From Candidatus Sungiibacteriota bacterium (lineage in GTDB: Bacteria; Patescibacteriota; Minisyncoccia; Sungbacterales; HO2-52-23): DNA of 39,628 bases. Numbering within the stretch: position 1 is the stretch's first letter; each line of letters begins with the position of its first letter. The DNA is taken from positions 1 through 39,628 of the forward strand of contig JACPYI010000022.1 of the NCBI GenBank assembly GCA_016196115.1, given 5' to 3'. A program made the translations under genes and the position numbers. Positions 8,243 through 17,492 of the stretch are shown here, piece after piece. The notes beneath the pieces are model-generated. The model was not told the DNA's origin and searched no databases. It worked only from the letters and a program-made list of their open reading frames with translations.

Positions 8243-9574
8243 TTACAGTTCAACCTCCTCGTGGAGCGCGGGCACGTCGGCCTGTACGCCGAGGCGGTCG
8301 CGGATTTCCTGCGAGAGGTGGCTGGCCTGCGTCTCCTCGCCATGCACGACAAATACCCGTTTGAGGGTATCGCGCGTCTGCTCGACAAATGAAAAAAGCT
8401 GGGGCGCGTCCGCGTGCGCGGAAAATCCGTCAATCTGCCTGATTTCGGCATTGACCGGAATCTCCTCGCCAAAAATGTGTATGCTTTGGGCGCCGTTGAG
8501 CAGCCGATGCCCGAGCGAGCGCGGACTTTGGTAGCCGATGATGAGCAGCATACTTTTGGGATCCGGCAGGTAGCGGCGCGCGTGATGCAAAATCCTGCCG
8601 CCGGTCATCATGCCGGATCCGGCGATAATCACTTTGGGCGGCGGCACGTCATTGATGTGTTTTGAGGCATCCACGCTCTCGGTAAACGTGAGCCGCTTAA
8701 AGCGGAACAGATTGGGATGGCGCGTCATGAGTTCGTGGATTTCCTGCCGGTACTCGTCTCCGTACCCCTCATATACTTCAGTGACGCGAGTTGCAAGCGG
8801 CGCGTCCACGAATACGGGCATATCCGGCACCCGCTTAAAGTGCACCATTTCATTGAGCAGGTATAAAATATCCTGCGTGCGCTCCGTGGCAAACGCCGGA
8901 ATCATGAGCGCGCCGCCTTTGGCTGCGACATCTTCAATCGCGCGCTCGAATTTCAGCTCGCGATCCGCGACCTGCTCATGCATCCGGTTGCCGTAGGTGG
9001 ACTCAATCACCAGATACTCAAGACCGGAAATCTGCTCCGGGGGTTCAAGCAGCGTCGACGACACGTTGCCCAGATCGCCCGTGAAAAGCAGACGCTTGCC
9101 TTCGGCCCACAGTTCGACCAACGCAGACCCGAGAATATGCCCGGACCGGTTGAACCGATAGGCAATATCGCCCACTTCCTTTTTTTCGTGATAAAAAATC
9201 GCATCCCACTGCGAGAACGAGCGCTCGATGTCATGCTCGTCGAACAGCTGCCGCTCCTCGCGTTGCGCGAGCGAGAGCGCATCCTCCAAAATCAGCCGCG
9301 CCAAATCGCGCGTTGCCGCAGTCGAGATGATGCGCCCGTGAAAGCCCTTTTGCACGAGCCGCGGAATGCGCCCCACATGGTCAAGATGCGCGTGCGTAAC
9401 CAACAGCGCATGCACGCCCCCAGGATCAAAAGCGAAATCGTTGAAATTGACGTCGCTCACGTCGTCCGCCCCTTGGAACATCCCGCAATCCACCAGAATA
9501 TTCGTTTGTTCGGTCTGCACCAGATAACACGACCCGGTCACCTCCTGCACTCCGCCGTGAAATGATAGTTTCAT
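8243..9574 (-). CDS. MBL-fold beta-CASP ribonuclease
   Basis: VTGSC, DCG, THAHLDHVG, GHILGS, FTGDLG, ESTYG, FSAHAD, VHGE. Confidence 0.93.
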   Translation of the reverse strand: MKLSFHGGVQEVTGSCYLVQTEQTNILVDCGMFQGADDVSDVNFNDFAFDPGGVHALLVTHAHLDHVGRIPRLVQKGFHGRIISTAATRDLARLILEDALSLAQREERQLFDEHDIERSFSQWDAIFYHEKKEVGDIAYRFNRSGHILGSALVELWAEGKRLLFTGDLGNVSSTLLEPPEQISGLEYLVIESTYGNRMHEQVADRELKFERAIEDVAAKGGALMIPAFATERTQDILYLLNEMVHFKRVPDMPVFVDAPLATRVTEVYEGYGDEYRQEIHELMTRHPNLFRFKRLTFTESVDASKHINDVPPPKVIIAGSGMMTGGRILHHARRYLPDPKSMLLIIGYQSPRSLGHRLLNGAQSIHIFGEEIPVNAEIRQIDGFSAHADAPQLFSFVEQTRDTLKRVFVVHGEETQASHLSQEIRDRLGVQADVPALHEEVEL

Positions 9575-9580
9575 GAGACG

Positions 9581-10630
9581 TTAATAATTGTTATACGTAT
9601 ACTCGTCCACCACCCTGCCCTGCGGGTCTCTTAGCGTTACGGTGTCAAACCGCTTGTTGAAAAATGGAATGGCGCGCTGCATCCAGACCAGCCACTGGTC
9701 GCTGTAAAAATCAGAGCGGGATTTGTAGTTTGCCACGCACCCGGCATAGTTGAGATTTTGCGCAATATAATCGGCGCACTCGGGACGCGTGGGATCAATA
9801 AATTCCGGCAGAGGCCCGGTACGGCAGCTCCCGATGTTGTTGAGTGCCTGAACGCACCGATCGGATAGATTGTGCAGGGTGCGCGTGTCCGGGCTGGGAC
9901 AACGGTGCGACAAACCAGGAGAAAACGGTGCGATCTCGTCAAAATATCCGGTGCATAGATTCTCGCGAAAATTCGTATTTTTACTCTGCTTGCCCGTACT
10001 GATGACTACATGATCATGCGGGCGCAGGATGATTGCATCAAGGGGCGTTGCGGTAAATCCCGGGAGCGCGAAGCCGAGCGGGATACCATAGTTTTGTCCG
10101 TGTTCGGTCGTGATGGAGAATCCCGTGACCGAGATCTTTTCAGTATCAGTCCGATTGCCTAGAGATATGCGCTCGTCCTGTGCCTCGCCGCCGGACTGCA
10201 CTCCCTCAAAAAATATTTTTCCTTTGTGCGGAGATGTGGTTGCGCCTCCTCTTACGGATGATTCCGAGGGCAGATGTATGTTCCCGGCTCCACCAGCCGG
10301 CAGAATAATCCTCTGCTGCGGTACGGACACCGCCCGTTGCGCCGCTATCATCTCGTTTGCCACACGACGCGACTCGGGACCAAAGTATCCGCCAATCGGC
10401 GCAATACCATGGGCCGCCTGGAATTTTTTCACGGCCTGGATCGTCCCGGAGAGATAGTTGCCGGTCGAGGGCAAAGACAAGTACCCCTTGCTCCGTAAAA
10501 AATCCTGCAGCGCCATGACATCCCGATCATGATACATCCCAAAATGCAGATTGCGCGATAACGTTTCCGCGCCAAAAACAACGCCCGGGAGCAATAATAT
10601 AACAGCAGAAAATATGACGCGTCTCTTCAT
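9581..10630 (-). CDS. secreted peptidoglycan-binding-domain protein with Cys-rich C-terminus
   Basis: Signal peptide MKRRVIFS..; DVMALQDFL..AVKKFQ..GYFGP; real start lies downstream of the tRNA. Confidence 0.75.
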   Translation of the reverse strand: MKRRVIFSAVILLLPGVVFGAETLSRNLHFGMYHDRDVMALQDFLRSKGYLSLPSTGNYLSGTIQAVKKFQAAHGIAPIGGYFGPESRRVANEMIAAQRAVSVPQQRIILPAGGAGNIHLPSESSVRGGATTSPHKGKIFFEGVQSGGEAQDERISLGNRTDTEKISVTGFSITTEHGQNYGIPLGFALPGFTATPLDAIILRPHDHVVISTGKQSKNTNFRENLCTGYFDEIAPFSPGLSHRCPSPDTRTLHNLSDRCVQALNNIGSCRTGPLPEFIDPTRPECADYIAQNLNYAGCVANYKSRSDFYSDQWLVWMQRAIPFFNKRFDTVTLRDPQGRVVDEYTYNNY

Positions 10631-10653
10631 ACCGCACAGTATACCACAAAAAA

Positions 10654-10725
10654 TGTCCCCGGGCAGATTCGAACTGCCATTACGGGCTTCGGAGGCCCGC
10701 GTTCTATCCATTGAACTACGAGGAC
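10654..10725 (-). tRNA. tRNA-Arg (CCG), CCA not encoded
   Basis: GTCCTCGTAGTTCAATGGATAGAACGCGGGCCT-CCG-AAGCCCGTAATGGCAGTTCGAATCTGCCCGGGGACA folds as a cloverleaf. Confidence 0.96.
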
Positions 10726-10746
10726 AAAACCGCCTTAACCACAAGA

Positions 10747-10775
10747 ATCATATCCGCTTTTTATATAATTTTCAA
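10747..10775 (-). promoter_or_regulatory. sigma70 promoter of tRNA-Arg
   Basis: TTGAAA-N17-TATGAT on the minus strand. Confidence 0.65.
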
Positions 10776-10776
10776 C

Positions 10777-10809
10777 AAAAAAAGCAATGTCCGGAAGAAG
10801 CCGGACATT
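10777..10809 (-). terminator. intrinsic terminator of NYN-like gene
   Basis: AATGTCCGG-cttctt-CCGGACATT followed by GC and a T7 run on the minus strand. Confidence 0.75.
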
Positions 10810-10848
10810 TCGCGTACTTTCTATCAAATCCCGCTTCACCATACGGAA

Positions 10849-11679
10849 TCAATCGCCCATTTTGGTAGAGCCGCTCTCGATATTATAATCAAAGAGGATT
10901 TGGGCGATCATGAGTTGAAAACGCAGAAAGATCGTGCGCGAATCTGGTATTAACGTTGAGATGGTAACACGCGCTGGTTCAAATTGGATCACAAATTCGA
11001 CAATTTTGTGTTTCAAGAAAAATTGACTGATCGCTTCATAAATTTCCATCCTATGCGCATCCGACTCAGCATCTCCACACGAACACTCAAAAGTCGCACT
11101 GATTCTTTTCCGTGCGATAGGGCGCTCACGCTCAACCCACGGCCGCAATAGTAAGCGCTCACGCGCGAGCGCAAGATCAATAAGATGAAACCCCTCGCGG
11201 CTTATGGCATCAAGAGAAGTAACCGAGAGCATCGGATTACCGCCTCTCGGATCAGGCAAGGTTATGGCACCAATAAATATTTCTATTCCTTCATCTCTTT
11301 TACATCTCAAGCTATCAAGATAATCTATCACATCCGCAGTAATCACCACTACCGCTTCAATTTCATGAGGACTCCTTGCAAGAATCTGCCGATTAACTTC
11401 AACGTCATCATCTCCATGATTGTCCGGGTTCGTTGCAATAACTGGAAACCCTGCACCACGGTATGTTTTTTCAAAACGGGCCGCCTCTCGAGTCGGCGTC
11501 ACATAACACCCCTTATGAAATACCGCATTCCTTTTAAGCGTAGTCGCCACACCCTCAACGCATACCTTGCGAAATTCCGCAAGCCGTACCTGCGCTATAC
11601 CTAAGATTCGCATCATATTATATGAGGACTGGCCGTCTATAATAACATCAAGATTTGCTTTCTCCTGAGTTTCCAACAT
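10849..11679 (-). CDS. divergent NYN/LabA(DUF88)-like PIN protein with C-terminal extension
   Basis: VIIDGQSSY, GDDDVEV, VVVITADVIDY acidic PIN-like motifs; AGGAGG RBS; TTGATT-N17-TAATGT promoter. Confidence 0.6.
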   Translation of the reverse strand: MLETQEKANLDVIIDGQSSYNMMRILGIAQVRLAEFRKVCVEGVATTLKRNAVFHKGCYVTPTREAARFEKTYRGAGFPVIATNPDNHGDDDVEVNRQILARSPHEIEAVVVITADVIDYLDSLRCKRDEGIEIFIGAITLPDPRGGNPMLSVTSLDAISREGFHLIDLALARERLLLRPWVERERPIARKRISATFECSCGDAESDAHRMEIYEAISQFFLKHKIVEFVIQFEPARVTISTLIPDSRTIFLRFQLMIAQILFDYNIESGSTKMGD

Positions 11680-11836
11680 CTTTCTCCTCCTTTTTCTTTT
11701 TCAAAGACGTAAAAACACATTACCATGAGTCCATAAAAAAATCAAGTCCTCGTATGCTTTTCGCGGCTTAAAAACATATTCAACACTTAATCCACGATCG
11801 TAAGTGAAGTGTTGAATAGAGAAAATTAGCGGCAAA

Positions 11837-12655
11837 TCAAAACAACGCCGCCTGTGCGTCCTGCGCCATGATGTACGATTCGCCGGTCGGCTCGATCTTG
11901 AGAATGCGGCTGATGCGGAACATGCGCACGCTTTTGCGCAGATGGCAGTATGCCTCGACCTCGTCGCCTTTGATCGCGTACACGTCTATCAGCCGAGCTT
12001 TCTTGAAGCCAAGTCCGTCGTGGTCTTCGGAGGAGACATATTCAATAGCAAGGCGTTTTCGATTGACAAGCGCCTCTTCCAGTAGCACGCGGCTGGGCTT
12101 GGCATATCCCTTTGCCCACTCAACCGGCACCGAGTGGATTTTGTTGTCGGCAAATGAGCGAAACAAAATATGCCCGTGCTTTTTCCCATACTCGTACACA
12201 TCGCGCGTGAGGCGCACATCGTCGAGACAATATTTTTTCACTTCCTCCACGCGGCCCTGCCGAAACCACTCGAGCGCCTCCAGCCCGTGCCCGGATTTTG
12301 ACTGACCAAGAGTCGCTTCGCTAACCGCGTTGAGCCCGACCCGATGCCCGAGAAAATTCACCGCATCCTCATAGAGATCGGTGACGGCTATTTTTTCGAA
12401 CACTCCAAGATTTTTGACATACGGCTTCAGTACGGGAATGTCGAAGTGGTTGATGTTAAACCCGATGACGTGGCCGGTTTTATGCAGCATGTCTTCGAGT
12501 TGCGGCAGTTCGTGCTCTTCGAGCGCGACAAAAGAATCTTTATCATACGAATACACGCCCGCAACTGAAATGCCCAATTGGTCGATATTGCGCTCCCCGC
12601 CGACTTCCGCAAACGACTTTTTTGTTTCCAGATCAATGACCAGCGTGTCGTTCAT
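11837..12655 (-). CDS. RNase H-like (YprB/DEDD) exonuclease fused to a WYL domain
   Basis: VIDLET, GFNINHFDIP, YCLDDV; C-terminal IEYVS..RLID..EAYCHLRKSVRMFRISRI. Confidence 0.82.
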   Translation of the reverse strand: MNDTLVIDLETKKSFAEVGGERNIDQLGISVAGVYSYDKDSFVALEEHELPQLEDMLHKTGHVIGFNINHFDIPVLKPYVKNLGVFEKIAVTDLYEDAVNFLGHRVGLNAVSEATLGQSKSGHGLEALEWFRQGRVEEVKKYCLDDVRLTRDVYEYGKKHGHILFRSFADNKIHSVPVEWAKGYAKPSRVLLEEALVNRKRLAIEYVSSEDHDGLGFKKARLIDVYAIKGDEVEAYCHLRKSVRMFRISRILKIEPTGESYIMAQDAQAALF

Positions 12656-12701
12656 CTTGACAGCATACGCGAATCCGGAAAAAAATCAACTCGTTTGGAT
12701 A

Positions 12702-14747
12702 TTAGTGGGCAGGTCCCTGCGTGCTCGTGGCCGCACTGGATGCGTCCGGTGTCGGGACAGAGGAGGAAGCGATTTGCGCTGGCGCGTCAGATAGGGAAGT
12801 CGTTGCGGTTTGGGTCGGGAGCGGTACTGGTACAGGCACGGGAGAAAGAGGTGTTGCGCCATTGCACTCGCCCGCCACGAGCTTCATTGATCCGGTATCC
12901 ACGTTTGCGGCAAGCAGGCATCCGGCTTTTCCATATTGATCGTACATGGTTACCCCCTCCGGCTTCTCGCTCGATCCGAACACTGCATGCTGGGCTTTCA
13001 GATTTTTGGTAACAATCTCATCCGTCACCACCTTCACGACATTGAGCGTCCCATCTTGATCAATACTCCACTGTCCTAATGAGGATGAGATGCGTTTAAT
13101 CGTGATGCCATCATTGAGTATGGAGGTGTATTTTGGGGATTGAGTATAAGTGCGCTGATCTTGGCATCTTCTTCTTGTAATGCTCTGGTCAGTACCGGTG
13201 CGAGTTTGGCATAGTCAACAGATTCAGGCAGCCCATCCTTGTCTTTGGCGATCAGTTCCGGAATAAGAGGATTGACTTGTTCTGCGATAAAGCCGAGTTT
13301 CTTTGACTGATCGTTGGGGTCTACTTCCTTTTTGTAGGTGAATGAGATGGGGTTGAGTTTGAGGATGTCAGACAGTCCATAGGTGATGGGTCTGATATTG
13401 TCTTTGAAGCGTTCAGATGATGCAGAGCAGGTGGTGCCTGATGTTATCTCATAGTTTGAGGTGTTGATGCACAGGTAATTGCCTGTGGTGGCAGAGGTGA
13501 GAGAGGAGGACAGGGCAAGGGTGCCGGTGAGGGAGAGGGTACGCCATGGGGAGGTGGTGGCGATGCCGACGTTGCCTGCATTGGTGATCACAAAATTTGT
13601 CTTCGTTGATGACCCCACAACGAATTGCGGTCCGGCACCGATGCCGTTGGCGTTTACGGAAAGGAGGCCCCAGGGCGTTGTCGTCCCGATACCAACGTTA
13701 CCCCAGAATACACCGGAAGTGGTAGTTGCGGAGATAGTGAGGGGGCCAGCACTCATAATACCAACCGGCCCTACATTAAGACCCGAGTTCACCAAGAGAC
13801 GGTTCGCGACATCGAGGTTATTGGTGATTGAGACATCGGAGGCCTTGACGCTGCCGATGTTGGCCGAGTCAATGTCAGCGCCGCCAATGTCAAGAATGGA
13901 ATAAGTGGTACCGGAAAAATCAGAAACGTAGGCGTATTTGCCTTGAATAAAAACATCGGTTGTACCGACAAGACCTGTAGTGTAGCCGCCCACCGCTGCC
14001 GGAGCCGTCGGGTCAGAAACATCAACGATCTGCAAGCCATTACTTCCATACGTGATATACGCATAGCGTCCGTTCACAACAATTTCACCCAAGGTAGAGA
14101 CGGGCGTCGCGGTTATTGAAAACGTCGATAGTAAGGTGATGCTGGCTGGATTAGAAATATCAAAAATTCTAAGACCGATGTTATTATTCTCCATGACATA
14201 GGCATATTTTCCCGACACGTAAACGGCGTTGCTTCCGTTAGTCATCTGATAATAACCGAGAGTGGTTGGACTGGACGGGTCCGCAACATTAACGATCTTT
14301 AAATAATTGTTGCCGGTGTTGCTGGTCCCGACAACATGGGCGTAGCCGTTCAATAGAAAAACTCTTTTATCACTGTTAGACGTTCCAAGCACCGGCGAGT
14401 CTTGACCTACGAAAATCGGATTGCTTGGATTGGATATATCAAAAATTTCTAATCCGCCACCATTACCAAAAGCTACATAAAGATATTTACCAAGTAACTT
14501 CATGTGATTGTAAAAGCCAGGGCGAGCTGTGATCGTACTCAATAATACCGGGGCGGCTTTGCTGGAAATGTCATAAATATTCAATTTGGCTTGCCCATTA
14601 CAAACATAGGCGTAATTGCCCACAACTTGAACGCAAAACCCGTAATCTGATTGGGCCGTGGTGGAAACAGTTCTTGGACGAACGGGATCCGAAATATCCA
14701 TTATGATAAAGGCATTGCCGCCGGCAACAAGGTAGGCGTAATTACCC
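12702..14747 (-). pseudogene. large surface/tail-fibre-like protein (LVIVD repeats + peptidase S74 chaperone), 5'-truncated and frameshifted
   Basis: GNYAYV..IYDIS repeats; GNVGIGTTTPW; SSERFKDNI..LGFIAEQV..VDYAKL. The frame is open up to the IS end at 14747. A frameshift near 13100-13140 links to the 13037-12702 tail. Confidence 0.8.
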
Positions 14748-15873
14748 GAGGGGTCGGGGAGTTTTCACACCCCCAACACAGCTGATTTAACCTCCCATGT
14801 TGACCTTTGTTGTTTCCATGCCGTCCACTGCGCCATCTGTACCGCAATGCCCATGGCGGCAAAAGACCATCGGTTGTTGATATCTCCGCGCATCCAGCAG
14901 CGATCAAGTTCGAAGATATCAGCAACTAATCCCTGCATGGGTTCCACTGTTGTTGAGCGTTCTTTGTAATCTTTCAGGTTTTTCTTGGTGAGCATATCTT
15001 TGATCATCTTTTTTCGTGATTCTGATTTGTCCATGCCTTTGCGGGGAACGGTCACGAGCCGGATCCGATGATTCTTCTTCAGATTCCAATAGAGATGTTG
15101 ATCATCAGCCTTTGAATCCATACACACTTTTCTGACGATTCCCTCATAGACGATGATATCCCGCTCCATCCGTTTTGCTTCGTTTCCTGAATTTGGCATC
15201 CATTGGAATATTCCGACAATCGGTATGGTATGCGGGGTAATGCTGAATGTCCCATGTCCGTACACCCAGCCATCTGCGCGGGATTTTCCCCACGTTGCCT
15301 CCTTATCCAATCCACGCAATCTTCTCGGAACGATACCTTCTTTTTTCTGCTTCTGGTGCCAGACTGGACCTCGCGCTTTGACCATCATCTTGTCTGCCGA
15401 TACCGTCCTAATGGAAGATTGTTCGAGAAAATACCTGAAAAATGAATGCTGCAGGTCTTCGAGATGAATGGCTGATTTTTTTTAAGCGATCTCGGAGTTG
15501 GCGTTCTGAGATCGGCTTCTTGCGGATTCGCCCACCCAGTCCTTCTGTGAATATGTCCCAATACTGGAGCGCTAAACGGTGAATCGCAAGATAATTCTTC
15601 GCTTTTGCTTTCACCGAAAGCACTGCAATGAACATGATGAGCCATTCAGGGTAGTCAAATTCGCTTCCTCTTGTCCCGTTCCGGACAGGGTGAGGGAATT
15701 TGGTTACTTTGAGGAACTTCTTGAAGTAATCACGTGTTTCTTTAATCCATTGTGGGTTGAGCTTGGGAGTTTGTGTATGTTGTTTTGATGCCGTGGTATG
15801 CTTGTTCATGCATCCATGATACCAGAATCAGCATATTTCCTCACTTTTTGTAGGGAAAACTCCCCGACCCCTC
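14748..15873 (-). mobile_element. insertion sequence (IS5/IS4-superfamily-like DDE), 1126 bp
   Basis: Perfect 19-bp terminal IRs GAGGGGTCGGGGAGTTTTC (14748-14766 and 15855-15873) enclosing a transposase; no target duplication. Confidence 0.9.
14765..15809 (-). CDS. DDE transposase split over two frames at an A8 run
   Basis: ORF A 15809-15408. The +1 frame from the A8 run (15476-15483) reads SAIHLEDL..VSADKMMVKARG..DKEATWG..GWVYGHG..CMDSKAD..YKERSTTVEP. Confidence 0.8.
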
Positions 15874-15874
15874 A

Positions 15875-16384
15875 TCCGAACAAGAATTCGATCCGCAAGG
15901 CATCTCGGTCGTCTTCAAGAAAATTCAGCAAGCGGCAGGCATCCAAAAAATAGAGTATCAGCAAAGTTTTAACCGGAATTTATTTTTCCTCCATACCGGC
16001 ACCGATATTATGAAAACAGAATTCACTTATTTTCCCTTTCCCCGCATAGAGCAAAAAGAGAAAATCGGCGAGCTTTTTATAGACAGTTTGATTGATATTG
16101 CGGTCAACAAAATTTTTACCATCTACCAAAAACCTCGTTCGCGTGATTTCATCGATCTCTATTTGATCCTCGTCAATAATACGAATCTTACCATCGATTC
16201 CCTGATCAAGAATGCCCAAATAAAATTTGATACGGTTATCGATCCGGTCCAGCTTGGCGCTCAATATGTGAAAGCGAAAGAACTGAAAGATTACCCCAAA
16301 ATGCTGGAAAAACTTGATGCAGACGTGTGGCAGGGATTTTTCGTCAAGGAGGCGGAGAAGCTTTCAGTTAGGGTATTTAAGTAG
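15875..16384 (+). pseudogene. AbiEii-like nucleotidyltransferase toxin, N-terminus deleted
   Basis: Frame open from the IS end: SEQEFD..KTEFTYFPF..DIAVNKIFTIYQKPRSRDFIDLY; the GGT..SxDxD catalytic segment is absent. Confidence 0.75.
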
Positions 16385-16430
16385 TATTTCAATCATTGCG
16401 TCAAGGACTGCTTTGTGCTATTCTTACGAA

Positions 16431-16811
16431 ATGGAGCGAATCATCGTTGAACAAAAAATTAAGGAGGTTGTGGACAAAATCGTCGCGCAATTTCAGCCGG
16501 AAAAAATTATTCTCTTCGGTTCGTATGCATGGGGCACTCCCCATGAAGATAGCGACGTGGATTTTTTTGTGATAAAGACGACTGTCGTTCCTCGTCGAGA
16601 GCGCAAATACGAATTGCGGCATACGCTTTTCCCCTCACCATTTGCGTTTGATGTTTTGATTTATACCCCCGAAGAACTTCAAAAAAGTATCAATGAAAAT
16701 AGAAACCTTTTTATTGAAGACATACTCAGAAACGGAAAGGTGCTTTATGAGAGGCCTGACGGCGCTTTTGCCGTAGATCTCCCGGCTCGGCCACTGACTG
16801 TCTTATCATGA
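16431..16811 (+). CDS. minimal nucleotidyltransferase (MNT) antitoxin
   Basis: PEKIILFGSYAWG..DSDVDFFVI..DVLIYTPEE. Confidence 0.9.
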   Translation: MERIIVEQKIKEVVDKIVAQFQPEKIILFGSYAWGTPHEDSDVDFFVIKTTVVPRRERKYELRHTLFPSPFAFDVLIYTPEELQKSINENRNLFIEDILRNGKVLYERPDGAFAVDLPARPLTVLS

Positions 16812-17118
16812 ACGCCAAAATGACAACGTATGTCGCGGATTGGTTCGCCTGAGGCGATGATGATTTGACTCTGGTGGAATTGATGCGGGAAAAAGGAACA
16901 GTATCCCCAAACCTTGCCTGCTTTCATGTACGGCAGGCCGCAGAAAAATATCTCAAAGGATTTTTGGCGTATCATGACTTGCACATAAGAAAAGTGCACA
17001 ACTCTACATTGAGTCGCGGTATCCGGACGACTTTGTCGTGTTCACGCCCGAAGACAGCGAAAAAGCAGGGGGCACGGCACTCCGCATCAAGGAATTTGTG
17101 CTAAAAAAGATGGCCTGA
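16808..17118 (+). pseudogene. HEPN-domain toxin pseudogene
   Basis: ATGA overlap with MNT; in-frame TGA at 16850; ACFHVRQAAEKYLKG..KVH; then a deletion/frameshift to YIESRYPD..MA*. Confidence 0.85.
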
Positions 17119-17122
17119 GAAA

Positions 17123-17341
17123 ATGAAAAAGGAGACTATATTCTATTCTGTCGTTAGTATTGCGATTCTCATAATTGCAGTCAGTTTTTTACTTCTGCAG
17201 TATATTAAATACAAACAGCTTCGCCTCGCGCAAGAGAAAGCCGTACAAGAATGCGTAGAAAAGACTGTTGGCATAAATTCAGCTGGCTTCATCGCAGCTA
17301 ATGCGGAGCAAAAATGTATTGAGAAATTTTTAAAAAAATAA
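17123..17341 (+). CDS. small single-TM hypothetical protein
   Basis: N-terminal TM helix, two Cys, AT-rich. Confidence 0.6.
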   Translation: MKKETIFYSVVSIAILIIAVSFLLLQYIKYKQLRLAQEKAVQECVEKTVGINSAGFIAANAEQKCIEKFLKK

Positions 17342-17344
17342 TTT

Positions 17345-17480
17345 ACGGGGCAATAACGCGCGCAAAAGAAGATAACCAACTACGATACTTCATTCATTCC
17401 TCTTTACGAATCAACCGTGATTCGCGGTGAGAAATGAATACGGTATCGCACCATCTCTTTTTTGCCGCATTGCTGCTCGT
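17345..17480 (+). promoter_or_regulatory. long stem-loop in pnp leader
   Basis: Nested pairings CGAATCA/TGATTCG, ATTCATT/AATGAAT, CGATAC/GTATCG, GCAAAA/TTTTGC, GCAAT/ATTGC. Confidence 0.6.
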
Positions 17481-17492
17481 TGAAACATACGT

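Noticed and set aside
10631-10744. N-terminal extension of ORF 9581..10744
   Set aside because: Overlaps tRNA-Arg; the signal peptide and -10 box support the start at 10630
16850-16852. In-frame TGA in HEPN (and at 35086) as evidence for genetic code 25 or selenocysteine
   Set aside because: Long conserved genes are open under code 11, TGA ends intact genes (e.g. 16811, 11837, 20682), and both affected ORFs carry other lesions
12702-17118. Prophage suggested by the S74 tail-fibre domain near a tRNA
   Set aside because: No integrase, capsid, terminase or tRNA-end duplication
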